From contig JASGDG010000412.1 in assembly GCA_047607325.1 (NCBI GenBank), forward strand, positions 17,711-81,710: a stretch of DNA of 64,000 bases. Direction: 5' to 3'. A program made the position numbers and the translations under genes. The notes under the pieces are model-generated. The model saw nothing but the letters and a program-made list of their open reading frames with translations. It ran no database searches and was not told the origin of the DNA. This document shows, piece after piece, positions 9,990-20,685 of this stretch. The stretch's first letter is position 1, and each line of letters starts with the position of its first letter. The stretch comes from Xenophilus sp. (GTDB lineage Bacteria; Pseudomonadota; Gammaproteobacteria; Burkholderiales; Burkholderiaceae_C).

Positions 9990-12900
9990 ATGGCGAACCG
10001 GATTTCCGTCCTCGTCGCGCTGGAAGGCGCGGACGAGGGTCTCAAGCGCGCCATCACGTCCGCCGAGCGCAGTCTGGGCGAACTGTCGTCCAGCGCCAAG
10101 ACCGCAGGTGACAAGGCCGCCGCCGGGATGGCCGAGGTCAAGGCCGGGGTCTCGGCCTTCGGCGATCAGGTTTCCAAGGCCAAGACGCAACTGCTGGCCT
10201 TCCTGACCATCAACTGGGCGGCGGGCAAGGTGCAGGAGATCGTCCAGATCGCCGATGCGTGGAACATGATGTCCGCGCGTCTGAAGCTCGCCACCGCAGG
10301 CCAGCGCGAATACGCGGCCGCGCAGAAGGAACTGTTCGCCATCGCCCAGCGCATCGGCGTGCCGATCCAAGAAACCGCCACGCTCTACGGCAAGCTCCAG
10401 CAGGCCGTGCGGATGCTCGGCGGCGAGCAGAAGGACGCGCTGTCGCTCACCGAAAGCATCTCGCAGGCGCTGCGCCTGTCGGGAGCGTCGGCGACCGAAG
10501 CGCAATCGTCCCTGCTGCAATTCGGGCAGGCGCTGGCGTCGGGCGTACTGCGCGGCGAGGAATTCAATTCCGTCGTCGAGAACAGCCCGCGTCTGGCGAA
10601 GGCGCTGGCCGACGGCCTGAACGTCCCCATCGGTCGGCTGCGCAAGCTGGCCGAGGAAGGACGGCTGACCGCCGACGTGGTGGTCAACACGCTGATGAGC
10701 CAGAAGGACAAGCTGGCTGCCGAGTATGCGCAACTGCCGATGACCGTCGGTCAGGCCTTCACCCGCCTGTCGAACGCCTTCGGCCAGTGGATCAGCCGCC
10801 TCGACGAATCCACCGGCTTCACCGAGAAGCTGGCGCAGGCGCTGACCTGGCTCGCGGAAAACCTCGACACCGTGATGAAGTGGCTGACCCGCATCGCCGA
10901 GGTCGGCCTCGCGGTGCTGGTCTATCGCCTGATCCCGGCGCTGATCATCGCGTGGCAGACGGCGGGCGCGGCGGCGGTGACGGCGGCCAGCACCACGGCG
11001 GCGGCATGGGCGACGGCGAACCTGTCGGTGTCCAGCGCCATCGCCTCGGTCGGCAAGCTGCGCGTGGCCTTCGGCGTGCTCGGCGCGGCCATCGTCGGCT
11101 GGGAAATCGGGACGTGGCTGTCGGAGAAGTTCGAGATCGTCCGCAAGGCGGGCATCTTCATGGTCGAGGTGCTGATGAAGGGCATCGAGCACCTGCGCTT
11201 CCAGTGGGAGGTGTTCGCCGCCGTCTTCACATCCGACACCATCGCCGAAGCCACCAAGCGCCATGAGGAACGCCTCGCGGAGATGAACCGCATCTTCGGC
11301 GAGATGTACGCCGACGCCGCCGAGGGCGCGAACGCGGCGCGCGGCGCGATGAACACCGCCGCGACCGCCGCCGAGGAAATCGCCAAGCGGCTCGAAGCCG
11401 TGCGGCAAGGCACGCAGGAAGCAGTCGGGCGCGGCATCGAGGCGGTTCACGCCGCGTTGGAGAAGCTGAAAGGTCGTCTCGGCGAGGTGGAACAGTCGGT
11501 CGGCAAGGCGCAGGCCACGGTCAGCGACGCCACCGCGAAGATGGCCGAAGCCTACAAGGGCTTGTCCGCGCAGGTCGAGGCCAGCCTCGGGCAGCAGGTG
11601 CTGGCGGTGAAGAACCGCTACGAGCAGGAGAAGGCGGAGCTGGAACTCACCCGCCAGTCCGAAACCGCCAAGATCACGCAGTCCACGCAACTGCTGACCG
11701 AAGCCCTGACGCAGCAGACCACGCTGCGCCGCAACGCCACCACCGAAACGCTCGCCCTGATCGATCAGGAATCGCAGGCGCGGCGCGACGCGGCGGCGCG
11801 GCAGGGCCAGACCGAGGCCGAACGCGCAGCCAACGTGCAGCGCGTCGAGAACGACATCCTCGCCACCAAGCGGCAGACGCTGGCGCAGGCGCTGGGCGAG
11901 TACCGCCAGCACATCGACGCGCTCAACGCCGAGGCCAATCGGCATCTGGCCGAAGTCCAGCGCATCGAGGAGGCCAAGCGGCAGTTGTCGATGACGACGG
12001 AGGAGCGCATCCGCGACATCCGCCGTCAGGGCATGACGGAGTACGAGGCCACCGAGGATCGCAAGCGCCAGATCGCCGAGATGCAGGAACAGGCGCGGCA
12101 GGCCCTGGCCAACGGCGAGCTGGAGCTTGCCCGGCAGCTCGCGCAGAAGGCGATGGACATGGCCGCGCAGGTGGCCAACGCGCAGACCTCCGAGGCCAAG
12201 CGCGCCGAGGAAGCGCGCAAGCAGTCCGAACAGGCGGTCACGCAGGCAGCGCAACTGGAAGCGCAGGCCCGCGAAGCGCGGCGCAATCAGGAATACGCGC
12301 AGGCCGACGCGCTGGAACGGCAGGCGGCGCAGGTGCGCGCCGATGCCGCCCAGAAAGCGCGCGAAGCCGATGCACAGGCCGCGCAGGGCAAGCAAGGCGT
12401 GGCCGATGCCATCGACCGCATCCGCCAGTCCGAGGACATCCTCAACCAGTCGCTCGATGCCGAAGCCAAGGCGCACCAGAGCGCAGCACAGGCGGCCACC
12501 AGCGCGCGCGACGAGATCGCCTCGACGCTGGCGCAGACCCAAGCCAAGATCGACGAGATCAGCGCCAAGCTCAGTGCGGGCCTGAAGGTGACGCTCGATG
12601 CGGACACCTCGCGCTTCGATCAGGCGCTGGTCGCGCTGGACGCGGCCCTCGCCGAAAAGCAGTATCTGCTCCAGATCCAAGCCGACTTGCAAGAAGCGGA
12701 GAAGAAGCTCAAGGAATACGAGCAGCTGCTGAAGGAAGGCAAGACCCTGCCGGTCGATGCCGATGTCAGCAAGGCGCGCGAGGCGCTGGATCGGCTCAAG
12801 ACCTACGCCGACCAGAACGCGCAGTTCGAGTTGAAGGTGGCGACGGAGAAGGCGCAGGCGGCGATCACCAACGTGGATGGGATGATCCGCGCGCTCGACC

Positions 12901-13988
12901 GCATCCAGACGGAATCGCGCCACATCGTCAACAGCAACGCCGACGCGGCGCGCGCGGAGATCATGAGCCTGAACGGCGCGAACACCTCCAGCACGCACAC
13001 CATCTACGTGCAGCGGGTCGAGGTCAACGCCACGGGTGGGCTGGTCGGCGGCGGTGTGCGCCGCTTTGCCGACGGCGGCGCGGTCGCGCCCGCGTTCCCG
13101 CGTCTGTCCGGCGGCACCGTGCCCGGCTCCGGCCACCACGACACCGTGCCGCGCACGCTGGACGCCGGTGCGTTCGTGCTGCGCAAGGCGGCGGTGCGCA
13201 AGTACGGCGCGGGCCGGTTGGCGAACCTCGCCCGGGGCGTCGCGCACTTCGCGCTCGGCGGGCCGGTCGGCGGTGATCCGCCCAAGCGCAACCGGGACGT
13301 GGTCGAGGCGCTGAAGATGATCGACCTCGGCCTGCAAGGGATGAACGAATACACGAGCTGGGTGCAGTTCAAGTACGGCGCGGCGGTCAGCCTGAACATG
13401 AAGTCCGACACGATGCGCAACTACGGCAAGCAGGCCGCCGTGGATCGTGCCGCGCTGGAGAAGCTGGTCTCCACCAAGACCCTCACGTCCAACGAGCGCG
13501 CCATCGTCGAAGGCGCGAAGCGGACGTGGCGCAATGCGATGGCGCAGCCGCTGGTCTACGGCAAAGACCTCGAACGCGAGCTGATCGACTACATGGAGAG
13601 TCTGGACGGCCAGTTCCTCGCGCGCGGCGGTCTGGCGAAGTCCGACACCGTGCCCGCGATGCTCACGCCCGGCGAGTTCGTGGTGAACCGCAACGCCGTC
13701 GCGCGGCTGGGCGCGGGCTTCTTCGAGGCCATCAACAGCCTGTCCGCGCCCGCGCAGGCGCTGGCAGGCCGGACGCTCGCCAGCGTGCAGGGCTTCGCCA
13801 GCGGCGGCTTGGTGTCACCCATCGGCGCGAACCTGCCGCGCCCGGCCTTGAACGACGCCAGCGCGCCCGCGCGCACCGTGCGCGTCGAACTGGCGGCAGG
13901 CGGCAACAAGGTCGACGCCACCGTCGATGGGCGCGACGAAGCGCGTCTGCTGCAACTGCTGGACGCCGCGCGCGCCCGCACGGCCTGA
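9990..13988 (+). CDS. Tail tape measure protein
   Basis: 1332 aa, A/E/Q-rich helical; tape-measure N-terminal motif (QFGQALASGVLRGEEFNSVVENSPRLAKALA); repeated FAxGGxV and DTVPAMLTPGEFV. Confidence 0.95.
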   Translation: MANRISVLVALEGADEGLKRAITSAERSLGELSSSAKTAGDKAAAGMAEVKAGVSAFGDQVSKAKTQLLAFLTINWAAGKVQEIVQIADAWNMMSARLKLATAGQREYAAAQKELFAIAQRIGVPIQETATLYGKLQQAVRMLGGEQKDALSLTESISQALRLSGASATEAQSSLLQFGQALASGVLRGEEFNSVVENSPRLAKALADGLNVPIGRLRKLAEEGRLTADVVVNTLMSQKDKLAAEYAQLPMTVGQAFTRLSNAFGQWISRLDESTGFTEKLAQALTWLAENLDTVMKWLTRIAEVGLAVLVYRLIPALIIAWQTAGAAAVTAASTTAAAWATANLSVSSAIASVGKLRVAFGVLGAAIVGWEIGTWLSEKFEIVRKAGIFMVEVLMKGIEHLRFQWEVFAAVFTSDTIAEATKRHEERLAEMNRIFGEMYADAAEGANAARGAMNTAATAAEEIAKRLEAVRQGTQEAVGRGIEAVHAALEKLKGRLGEVEQSVGKAQATVSDATAKMAEAYKGLSAQVEASLGQQVLAVKNRYEQEKAELELTRQSETAKITQSTQLLTEALTQQTTLRRNATTETLALIDQESQARRDAAARQGQTEAERAANVQRVENDILATKRQTLAQALGEYRQHIDALNAEANRHLAEVQRIEEAKRQLSMTTEERIRDIRRQGMTEYEATEDRKRQIAEMQEQARQALANGELELARQLAQKAMDMAAQVANAQTSEAKRAEEARKQSEQAVTQAAQLEAQAREARRNQEYAQADALERQAAQVRADAAQKAREADAQAAQGKQGVADAIDRIRQSEDILNQSLDAEAKAHQSAAQAATSARDEIASTLAQTQAKIDEISAKLSAGLKVTLDADTSRFDQALVALDAALAEKQYLLQIQADLQEAEKKLKEYEQLLKEGKTLPVDADVSKAREALDRLKTYADQNAQFELKVATEKAQAAITNVDGMIRALDRIQTESRHIVNSNADAARAEIMSLNGANTSSTHTIYVQRVEVNATGGLVGGGVRRFADGGAVAPAFPRLSGGTVPGSGHHDTVPRTLDAGAFVLRKAAVRKYGAGRLANLARGVAHFALGGPVGGDPPKRNRDVVEALKMIDLGLQGMNEYTSWVQFKYGAAVSLNMKSDTMRNYGKQAAVDRAALEKLVSTKTLTSNERAIVEGAKRTWRNAMAQPLVYGKDLERELIDYMESLDGQFLARGGLAKSDTVPAMLTPGEFVVNRNAVARLGAGFFEAINSLSAPAQALAGRTLASVQGFASGGLVSPIGANLPRPALNDASAPARTVRVELAAGGNKVDATVDGRDEARLLQLLDAARARTA

Positions 13989-14006
13989 CCTTTTTCGAGT
14001 TCACCG

Positions 14007-14414
14007 ATGCAACTGAAGAACCTCGCCACCGGGGTGGCTCTGCCATTGCCCGACGACTTGCTGTGGAGCGACGAACACGCATGGTCGCCCGCCGTCGCCT
14101 CCGTGTCCTACCTACTCACCGGCGCGCTGCTGGTGCAGTCGGCCACGCGGCAAGCGGGCCGCCCGATCACGCTGGTCGGGCCTTCTGACATGGCGTGGGT
14201 GACGCGCGCGGCGGTGGCCACGCTGCACGGCTGGGCCGCCGCGCCGCTGACGGCCAGCAGTGGCCGCTTCGAGCTGACCCTGCGTGACGCGCGCGTGTTC
14301 ACGGTGGCCTTCCGCCACGCCGACACCGCCGTCGACGCCGAACCCGTGCTGGGTTTCCCGGCGCAGGCCGACACCGATTTCTACCGCATCACCTTGCGGT
14401 TGATGCAAATCTGA
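14007..14414 (+). CDS. Putative distal tail protein
   Basis: First gene after the tape measure; 135 aa, beta-rich. Confidence 0.65.
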   Translation: MQLKNLATGVALPLPDDLLWSDEHAWSPAVASVSYLLTGALLVQSATRQAGRPITLVGPSDMAWVTRAAVATLHGWAAAPLTASSGRFELTLRDARVFTVAFRHADTAVDAEPVLGFPAQADTDFYRITLRLMQI

Positions 14415-14427
14415 TCCGGAGATTCCC

Positions 14428-17400
14428 ATGCCCATTCTTGCAGGCGACGTGAAGCTGGTCGCCAGTCAGGTGATGGACGACGTCGCCGAGGGTGGCGGCG
14501 CGCCCACCTCCAATGTCATCGTCGATGGCGCGAGCAATTCGCTGTTCAACGACATCTCGGAACTGGATCGCGCGGGCGGGCGCGTGAACCTGCGCAAGGT
14601 GTTCGCCAGCATCCAGACCGACACCACCGACACCTACCTCGGCGGCAACGTCGTCGTGTCCGATCCGCCCGGCGATCCGCGTGTGGCCGTCACCATCTTC
14701 TCCACCGAGTCGGTGTTCGACCGCCGCACCAACGCGCGTGACCGTATCGAGGCCTACCTCAACAAGGGATCGATGTGGAACGGTTTCCTGCTGGAGAACC
14801 ACATCGCGGGCCAGCGCAGTATCCAGTTGTTCCAGCGCGTGGGCGCGGAACTGCCGACCATCGGCAAGACCCTGTTCCTCGTGATGAACGAGGGGCTGGC
14901 CAGCGAATATTCGCAGTACATCCGCATCACCCGCATCGAGTCGGAAACCCGCACCTTCAGCTACGGATCGGGCGGCAGCATTCAGGACTACCAAGCGGTG
15001 GTCGTCACCTGCGACTTGTCCGACGCGCTGCGCTACGACTTCCCCGGCTCGCCGCCGGAGCGGTTGTTCTCGATGGCCTCGGGCAAGACCAAGTGCCGCG
15101 ACACCGTGGTGGCCGACGCCGCCAAGTATTGCGGCGTGGTCAAGACCACCCAGCCGGTCGGCATCGGCGACGTGGCCGCCAGCGTCACCAGCGTGTTCAC
15201 CCAACTGGTGCCGTCGGCGCAGACCGAAACGCCGCTGCTCGACTTGACCGCGGGCGGCACCTCCGAAACCCTGATCGAGTCGGACAACGGCACGGTGTCC
15301 TACACCAGCTCGGTGGCGTTCAATTCCTCGACCGTGCTCTCGGTCGGCAACGCCATCCAGCCGGGCACGCTGTCGATCAGCGTCAGCGGCGCGACGCTCA
15401 CCGACAACGGCGGCGACCTGATGTCGGGCGCGACCGTGGTCGGCACCATCAACTACGGGCGCGGCCAGATCACGCTGGCGTCCAGCGCGCCGACCTATTC
15501 GGGCAGCAAGACCATCACCTTCCGGCCTGCCGCCGCGCCGATCCGCGTGGCCGACACGGCGGGCGTCCGGGTGGACATCGAGAACCGCTCCTACAACTAC
15601 ATCCTGACCATCGTGCCCAGCCCGTCGCCGGGCACCATCCAAGTGAGCTACCGGGCGCAGGGCAAGTGGTATGACCTGCGCGACAACGGCGCGGGCGTGT
15701 TGAAGGGAGCCAGCCCGGAGTACGGCGTCGGCACCGTCAGCTACACGACCGGCACGGTGGCCGTGACGTTGGGCGCGCTACCCGACGTCGGCTGCGAGAT
15801 CGTCTATGCGTGGGGCGGCAAGGCCAACTACTTCAACCGCGCTGGCAGCGCCATTGCGCCGCCGTCGGTGGCTTTCCAGTTGTCGAACACGGGCGTCACG
15901 CCGGGGTCGGTGAGCATCACTTGGAACGACGGTGCGGCGCGCAGCGCCACCGACAACGGCAAGGGCGCGATCAGCGGCAACGCCACCGGCACGATCAACT
16001 ACCAGACCGGCCTGATCCAGATCACGCCGACCACGTTGCCTGCGGGCGGCCAGACCTACAGCGTCGCCTATACGTGGGGGCCGCCCTTTGATGCGGAATT
16101 CCACGCGCCGCTGCGCAACGGCGACGGCAGCATCGACGTGGAGGTGGAGTTCGACGGCCTGATCCCCGGCTCGGTCGAGCTGGAGTGGAACCTGCTGATC
16201 GACCTCTACGAATACATCTCGACCACGCCCGCCGAACTGCAAATCATCCGCTCGGTCGATCCGATCAAGATCGTCAAGGACGACGGCTTGGGCGTGCTGC
16301 GCGATCCGCAGGGCACGGCCTTCGGCTCGGTGAACTACAGCACGGGTGTCGTCCATTTCGTGCCGGACACCACCGTGCGCATTCCGGTAGCGCGCTACAG
16401 CGTCACGCGCATCGGCTGGACGCGCAACGCGAACAACGCGCTGGTGCCGGTCTACCGCAACCTGTTCTCGCATTGGGAATACATCACGGCGGGCGCGTCG
16501 ATGCCCGTGGATGAAAGCGGTCTGGCGAAGGTGCGCTTCCGCGCGGCGGGCACGTCCAACGCCTCGAACGACAGCTTCACGGCGGGCGCGCTGGCCATCG
16601 ACCTCACGCCGACCTTCGCCGAGAACATCGTGCCGGGCAGCATCAACTTCACGCTGGGCGGCAAGACCTATTTCGACCGGCTGGGCAGTCTCTACTACGA
16701 CCTGAACCCGGTGACGGGCGCGGCGACGCTGGCGGGCGGCATCAACTACGCCAATGGCGCGGCCAGCATCACGGCGTGGGTGCCCGCCGCCGCGAACGCG
16801 GTGGCGTTGCGCTCGCTGCTCACCACGCTGGACGGCACGCCGGTGGACGAGGTGACCTTCCGCGTCCCGGCCTCGCCGGTGCGCCCGTCCAGTCTGCAAA
16901 TCCTCGCCACGCGGCTGACCGGCGGCACGATCAACGTCAGCGCCAACAACAACGGCGACATCACCGGCACCGACATCCTCGGCACCATCGACTACGAAAC
17001 CGGCGTGGTGCGCGTGCGCTTCGGCGCGTGGGTGGTGGCCGCCGGGAACGAAGGTCAGATCTGGTTCGACCCGGACGCGGTGGTCACCATCGACGGCGTC
17101 CCGAAGATCTTCAAGCCGGTGCCGGTGTTCGCCGACACCATCAAATACAACGCGGTCGCGTATTCCTACCTGCCGCTGGACGCCGACATCATCGGCCTCG
17201 ACCCGGTGCGGCTGCCGCAAGATGGACGTGTGCCGATCTTCCGCGCGGGCGACTTCGCGGTCATCGGCCACACCGCCACGGTCGGGCCGCTCACCGCCAC
17301 CAGCGGACAGGTCGTGGACTGCGGGCGCGAGCGCCTGTCGCGCGTGCGCGTGCTCGACGGCAACGGTACGGTCGTCACCACCGACTACACCGCCGATCTC

Positions 17401-18033
17401 GAAGCCGGAACCGTCACCTTCGGCGTGGTCACCGGCCTCGTGCAGCCGATCACCGTCGAGCACCGCATCGAGGACATGGCGCAGGTGTCGGATGTGCAGA
17501 TCTCCGGGCGGCTGGCCTTCACGCGCCAGATCACCCACGACTACCCGGTCGGCGCGCACGTCTCCTCGGCGCTGGTGTCGGGCGACCTGCGCGCCTACGT
17601 CTCCAACCTGTTCGATCAGGCGTCGTGGAACGGGACGTTCGCCGATGCCATCAGCGGCGCGGCGGCGACCGCCACCTACAACGACGTGCTGGCACCCATC
17701 GTGGTGACGAACGCGGGCGCGATCACCGAACGCTGGGCGATCCAGTTCACCAACGCCACCTCGTTCAACGTCATCGGCGAACACGTCGGCGTGATCGCCA
17801 CCGGCACGACGGGAAACGACATCGCGCCGATCAACCCAGCCACCGGCAAGCCGTACTTCACGCTGGCCGCCATCGGCTGGGGTTCGGGCTGGGCGGCGGG
17901 CAACGTGCTGCGCTTCAACACCACCGGCGCGCTGTTCCCGGTGTGGGTCGTGCGCACCATCCAGCAAGGCCCGGAAACCGTCACCAACGACTCGTTCACC
18001 TTGCTGGTGCGCGGCGACGTGGATCGGCCTTGA
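14428..18033 (+). CDS. Large tail tip/baseplate structural protein
   Basis: 1201 aa, T/G/V-rich, with repeated G-x-(I/V)-(N/D/S)-Y-x-x-G motifs. Confidence 0.8.
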   Translation: MPILAGDVKLVASQVMDDVAEGGGAPTSNVIVDGASNSLFNDISELDRAGGRVNLRKVFASIQTDTTDTYLGGNVVVSDPPGDPRVAVTIFSTESVFDRRTNARDRIEAYLNKGSMWNGFLLENHIAGQRSIQLFQRVGAELPTIGKTLFLVMNEGLASEYSQYIRITRIESETRTFSYGSGGSIQDYQAVVVTCDLSDALRYDFPGSPPERLFSMASGKTKCRDTVVADAAKYCGVVKTTQPVGIGDVAASVTSVFTQLVPSAQTETPLLDLTAGGTSETLIESDNGTVSYTSSVAFNSSTVLSVGNAIQPGTLSISVSGATLTDNGGDLMSGATVVGTINYGRGQITLASSAPTYSGSKTITFRPAAAPIRVADTAGVRVDIENRSYNYILTIVPSPSPGTIQVSYRAQGKWYDLRDNGAGVLKGASPEYGVGTVSYTTGTVAVTLGALPDVGCEIVYAWGGKANYFNRAGSAIAPPSVAFQLSNTGVTPGSVSITWNDGAARSATDNGKGAISGNATGTINYQTGLIQITPTTLPAGGQTYSVAYTWGPPFDAEFHAPLRNGDGSIDVEVEFDGLIPGSVELEWNLLIDLYEYISTTPAELQIIRSVDPIKIVKDDGLGVLRDPQGTAFGSVNYSTGVVHFVPDTTVRIPVARYSVTRIGWTRNANNALVPVYRNLFSHWEYITAGASMPVDESGLAKVRFRAAGTSNASNDSFTAGALAIDLTPTFAENIVPGSINFTLGGKTYFDRLGSLYYDLNPVTGAATLAGGINYANGAASITAWVPAAANAVALRSLLTTLDGTPVDEVTFRVPASPVRPSSLQILATRLTGGTINVSANNNGDITGTDILGTIDYETGVVRVRFGAWVVAAGNEGQIWFDPDAVVTIDGVPKIFKPVPVFADTIKYNAVAYSYLPLDADIIGLDPVRLPQDGRVPIFRAGDFAVIGHTATVGPLTATSGQVVDCGRERLSRVRVLDGNGTVVTTDYTADLEAGTVTFGVVTGLVQPITVEHRIEDMAQVSDVQISGRLAFTRQITHDYPVGAHVSSALVSGDLRAYVSNLFDQASWNGTFADAISGAAATATYNDVLAPIVVTNAGAITERWAIQFTNATSFNVIGEHVGVIATGTTGNDIAPINPATGKPYFTLAAIGWGSGWAAGNVLRFNTTGALFPVWVVRTIQQGPETVTNDSFTLLVRGDVDRP

Positions 18034-18043
18034 GAGGAACACC

Positions 18044-19312
18044 ATGAGCAACAAGGTCAAATGGATGCACAACGCGTTCGCCGGAGCGCCGGTGCTGACC
18101 AACAACTGGGGCAGCCTGACCGCGCTGCTCGACGCCTGCCTCGTCACCGGCTTCAACTTGAAGACCGTGACGGCGCTCTCGCGCACGGGCGACGTGGCCA
18201 CGGCGACCATCGGCACGGGCCACGGCTTCGCGGTCGATCAGGTGGTGTTGGTCGAGGGTTGCGACCAGCCGTCCTACAACGGCGAGTTCACGGTCACGGC
18301 CATCACCTCGACCACGGTGAGCTTCCGCATCGAGGGTGATCCTGCATCCCCCGCCACTACGCAGACCAGCATCACGATGAAGATCGCGCCGCTGGGTTTC
18401 GAGATCGTGTTCACGGGCACCAACAAGCGCGTCTACCGCAGCCCGAATCCGCTGTCGAACCGGCACTACCTGCGCGTGGACGACAGCCTGCCCGAAGGCT
18501 ACACGACGAGCTGGGCCAAGTTCGGGCGCGTGACCATCGCCGAAGGGATGTCCGACATCGACACCTTCGTCGGTGCGCAAGCACCGTTCACGCCCGGTGC
18601 GCCGACGCGCAACGAAGTGCCCACGGGCAGCGGGACATCAATGTATACAGGCTGGTTCAAGTGGTATTTCGCGCGCTCGAACGCCTACGAGAACAACGGG
18701 GACAGCGGCGCAGGTGCGCGCAGTTGGGTTCTGGTGGGCGACGACCGGGGGTTCTTCCTCGCCAATTCCTCTGGCCTTGGCGGCGACAAGCGCGTGCTGC
18801 ACGCCTTCACCGACTTCGACAGCTACAAGCCCGGCGACAACTTCGCGTCCTACCTGATCGCCACCGATAACTACAGTCCCACGGGCAGCGGCAACTACTT
18901 CAGCTATCCCTCTCAGTTTGCCTATTCGGCCTACTCGCTGGACACCACCGGCAAGATTTGTATGCGCGACTACACCGGAATCGGTGGCAATGTGCGCCTC
19001 GGAATGTTCTCGCTGAACGATGGCAACAACCAAAACGTGTCCGGACGCTCCGGCAGCATCCCGTTCCCGAACGGCCCGGACTACGGCCTGATCCTGCATC
19101 CGATCTACCTGCGTGAAGGCGGAGGCCATCTGCGCGGCGTGCTGCCGGGGATGTTCTGGGTTCACCAGAACCAGCCCTACGGCCATCTGGCGATGATCGA
19201 CAACGTCATCGGCTACGAGGATCGCAAGTTCCTCTACGTGACGGTGGACTATGGCAGCGAAGGAAACACCAGCGGCTTCATGTTCGACATCACCGGGCCG
19301 TGGAGACCATGA
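18044..19312 (+). CDS. Tail fibre/receptor-binding-like protein
   Basis: 422 aa; N-terminus GAPVLTNNWGSLTALLDACLVTG typical of tail-attached proteins; aromatic-rich C-terminus. Confidence 0.65.
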   Translation: MSNKVKWMHNAFAGAPVLTNNWGSLTALLDACLVTGFNLKTVTALSRTGDVATATIGTGHGFAVDQVVLVEGCDQPSYNGEFTVTAITSTTVSFRIEGDPASPATTQTSITMKIAPLGFEIVFTGTNKRVYRSPNPLSNRHYLRVDDSLPEGYTTSWAKFGRVTIAEGMSDIDTFVGAQAPFTPGAPTRNEVPTGSGTSMYTGWFKWYFARSNAYENNGDSGAGARSWVLVGDDRGFFLANSSGLGGDKRVLHAFTDFDSYKPGDNFASYLIATDNYSPTGSGNYFSYPSQFAYSAYSLDTTGKICMRDYTGIGGNVRLGMFSLNDGNNQNVSGRSGSIPFPNGPDYGLILHPIYLREGGGHLRGVLPGMFWVHQNQPYGHLAMIDNVIGYEDRKFLYVTVDYGSEGNTSGFMFDITGPWRP

Positions 19313-19315
19313 GCG

Positions 19316-20296
19316 ATGGCGTATCCATTCGAGCAGGATTTCGTCTCCGGCATTCCGTCCGGCTTCGCCACCAACGGCGGCAACGGTGGCATCACGGCGA
19401 CGTGGGAAGAAGCCGAACAGGCGGCCCGGTTGGTGTTCAACAACGCGCAGAACTTCTGGCGGCTGAACGATGCGCCGCTGACCACAGACTTCTGGTTCGA
19501 GATGGACGTGGAGATCGTCGAGGCGGCCTACACGCCGCCGCACTTCGGGTTCTGGCTCTGGACGGGCGTGGCGACCTACGAGGGGCACCGTGTGGCCGTC
19601 TACAACAGCAACTGGACGCATGGCTTCTGGTCGAGTGGCGGCTCCGAATACGAGCACGTTGCCGAAGCGTGGGCGGGCTGGGCCGTGGTCGGTGCGCGCC
19701 GCACGCTGCGGCTCGACGTGAAGCGCCAAGCCAATCTGGGCGTGTGGCTGCTGCAACTGTCGGTCGATGGCGAAGTCGTCTGGTGTGACTACAAGCGGTG
19801 GTATTCGTCGTTCCGACCCTGCATCTTCGGCTACGGCATAACGCTGCGTCTGCACCGCGTGGCAGGCGACGCACCGACCGTGCTGGAGGACGCGCCCGTT
19901 CCTGCGCACCGGCGTTTGCCCGTCGCGCTGGCGCACCGCGTCCTCGTGCCGGAGAACGCGGCGGCGCAGCGTTTCGTGCATCGCGGCCTGCGTCCGCTGC
20001 TCGGCAATCGCAACCACTACTACCACGGCGGCCACCGCATCGCTGGCACGGTGAAGCACCGCGTGAGGGGCGTGATCGCCGATGAGCCGCTGCGGCGGCG
20101 CGTGCTGCTGATCGACCAAGCCACCTACGTCGTGGTGCGCGAGACGTGGAGCGACGCGGCCAGCGGCGCGTACTCGTTCGACCACATCGACGCGGAGCCG
20201 CGCTACCTCGTCATCGCCTTCGACCACGAACGCCAGCACCGCGCGGTCGTCGCCGACAACCTGCGCGCGCAGCCCATGACGGAGCTTTCTTCATGA
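19316..20296 (+). CDS. Tail-associated protein, possible adhesin or fibre accessory
   Basis: Trp-rich beta-sandwich-like N-terminus; C-terminal IAGTVK...RRVLLID...GAYSF transthyretin-like domain. Confidence 0.6.
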   Translation: MAYPFEQDFVSGIPSGFATNGGNGGITATWEEAEQAARLVFNNAQNFWRLNDAPLTTDFWFEMDVEIVEAAYTPPHFGFWLWTGVATYEGHRVAVYNSNWTHGFWSSGGSEYEHVAEAWAGWAVVGARRTLRLDVKRQANLGVWLLQLSVDGEVVWCDYKRWYSSFRPCIFGYGITLRLHRVAGDAPTVLEDAPVPAHRRLPVALAHRVLVPENAAAQRFVHRGLRPLLGNRNHYYHGGHRIAGTVKHRVRGVIADEPLRRRVLLIDQATYVVVRETWSDAASGAYSFDHIDAEPRYLVIAFDHERQHRAVVADNLRAQPMTELSS

Positions 20297-20682
20297 TCCA
20301 GATTTCCACCGACCTCAACGACTACCGCCTCAATGCCGTCGTCAATTTCCTCGCCATCGGCACCGATAACGCCCGCGTCCTGATCTACGGCGGTACACGC
20401 CCGGCCTTCGGTGCCACGCCCGCAGGCGACTTGCTGGCGACCATCGTGCTGGTCGAACCCATCGGCGAGGTCGAGAACGGCCAACTGACGATCACGCCCA
20501 CCGATGAAGCCCTGATCGACACCAGCGGCGCGGCGACGTGGGCGCGCATCGTCAATGGCGACGGCGCGCTGGCGTGGGATTGCGACGTGTCTGATCTGAA
20601 CGGCGCGGGCGAACTGCGCCTGCCGTCCACCACGCTCTACGCCGGGGGCTACACCCGCATCGTGTCCGGCCTGCTGGGGTAG
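20293..20682 (+). CDS. Phage tail-region hypothetical protein
   Basis: ATGA overlap with the upstream gene; 129 aa. Confidence 0.7.
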   Translation: MIQISTDLNDYRLNAVVNFLAIGTDNARVLIYGGTRPAFGATPAGDLLATIVLVEPIGEVENGQLTITPTDEALIDTSGAATWARIVNGDGALAWDCDVSDLNGAGELRLPSTTLYAGGYTRIVSGLLG

Positions 20683-20685
20683 CCC

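Noticed and set aside
9897-13337. 1146-aa minus-strand ORF and other long antisense ORFs (6345-8417, 15778-18216, 28920-31505, 34427-36442, 54076-56505)
   Set aside because: Shadow frames opposite clear genes, expected in high-GC DNA; no motifs
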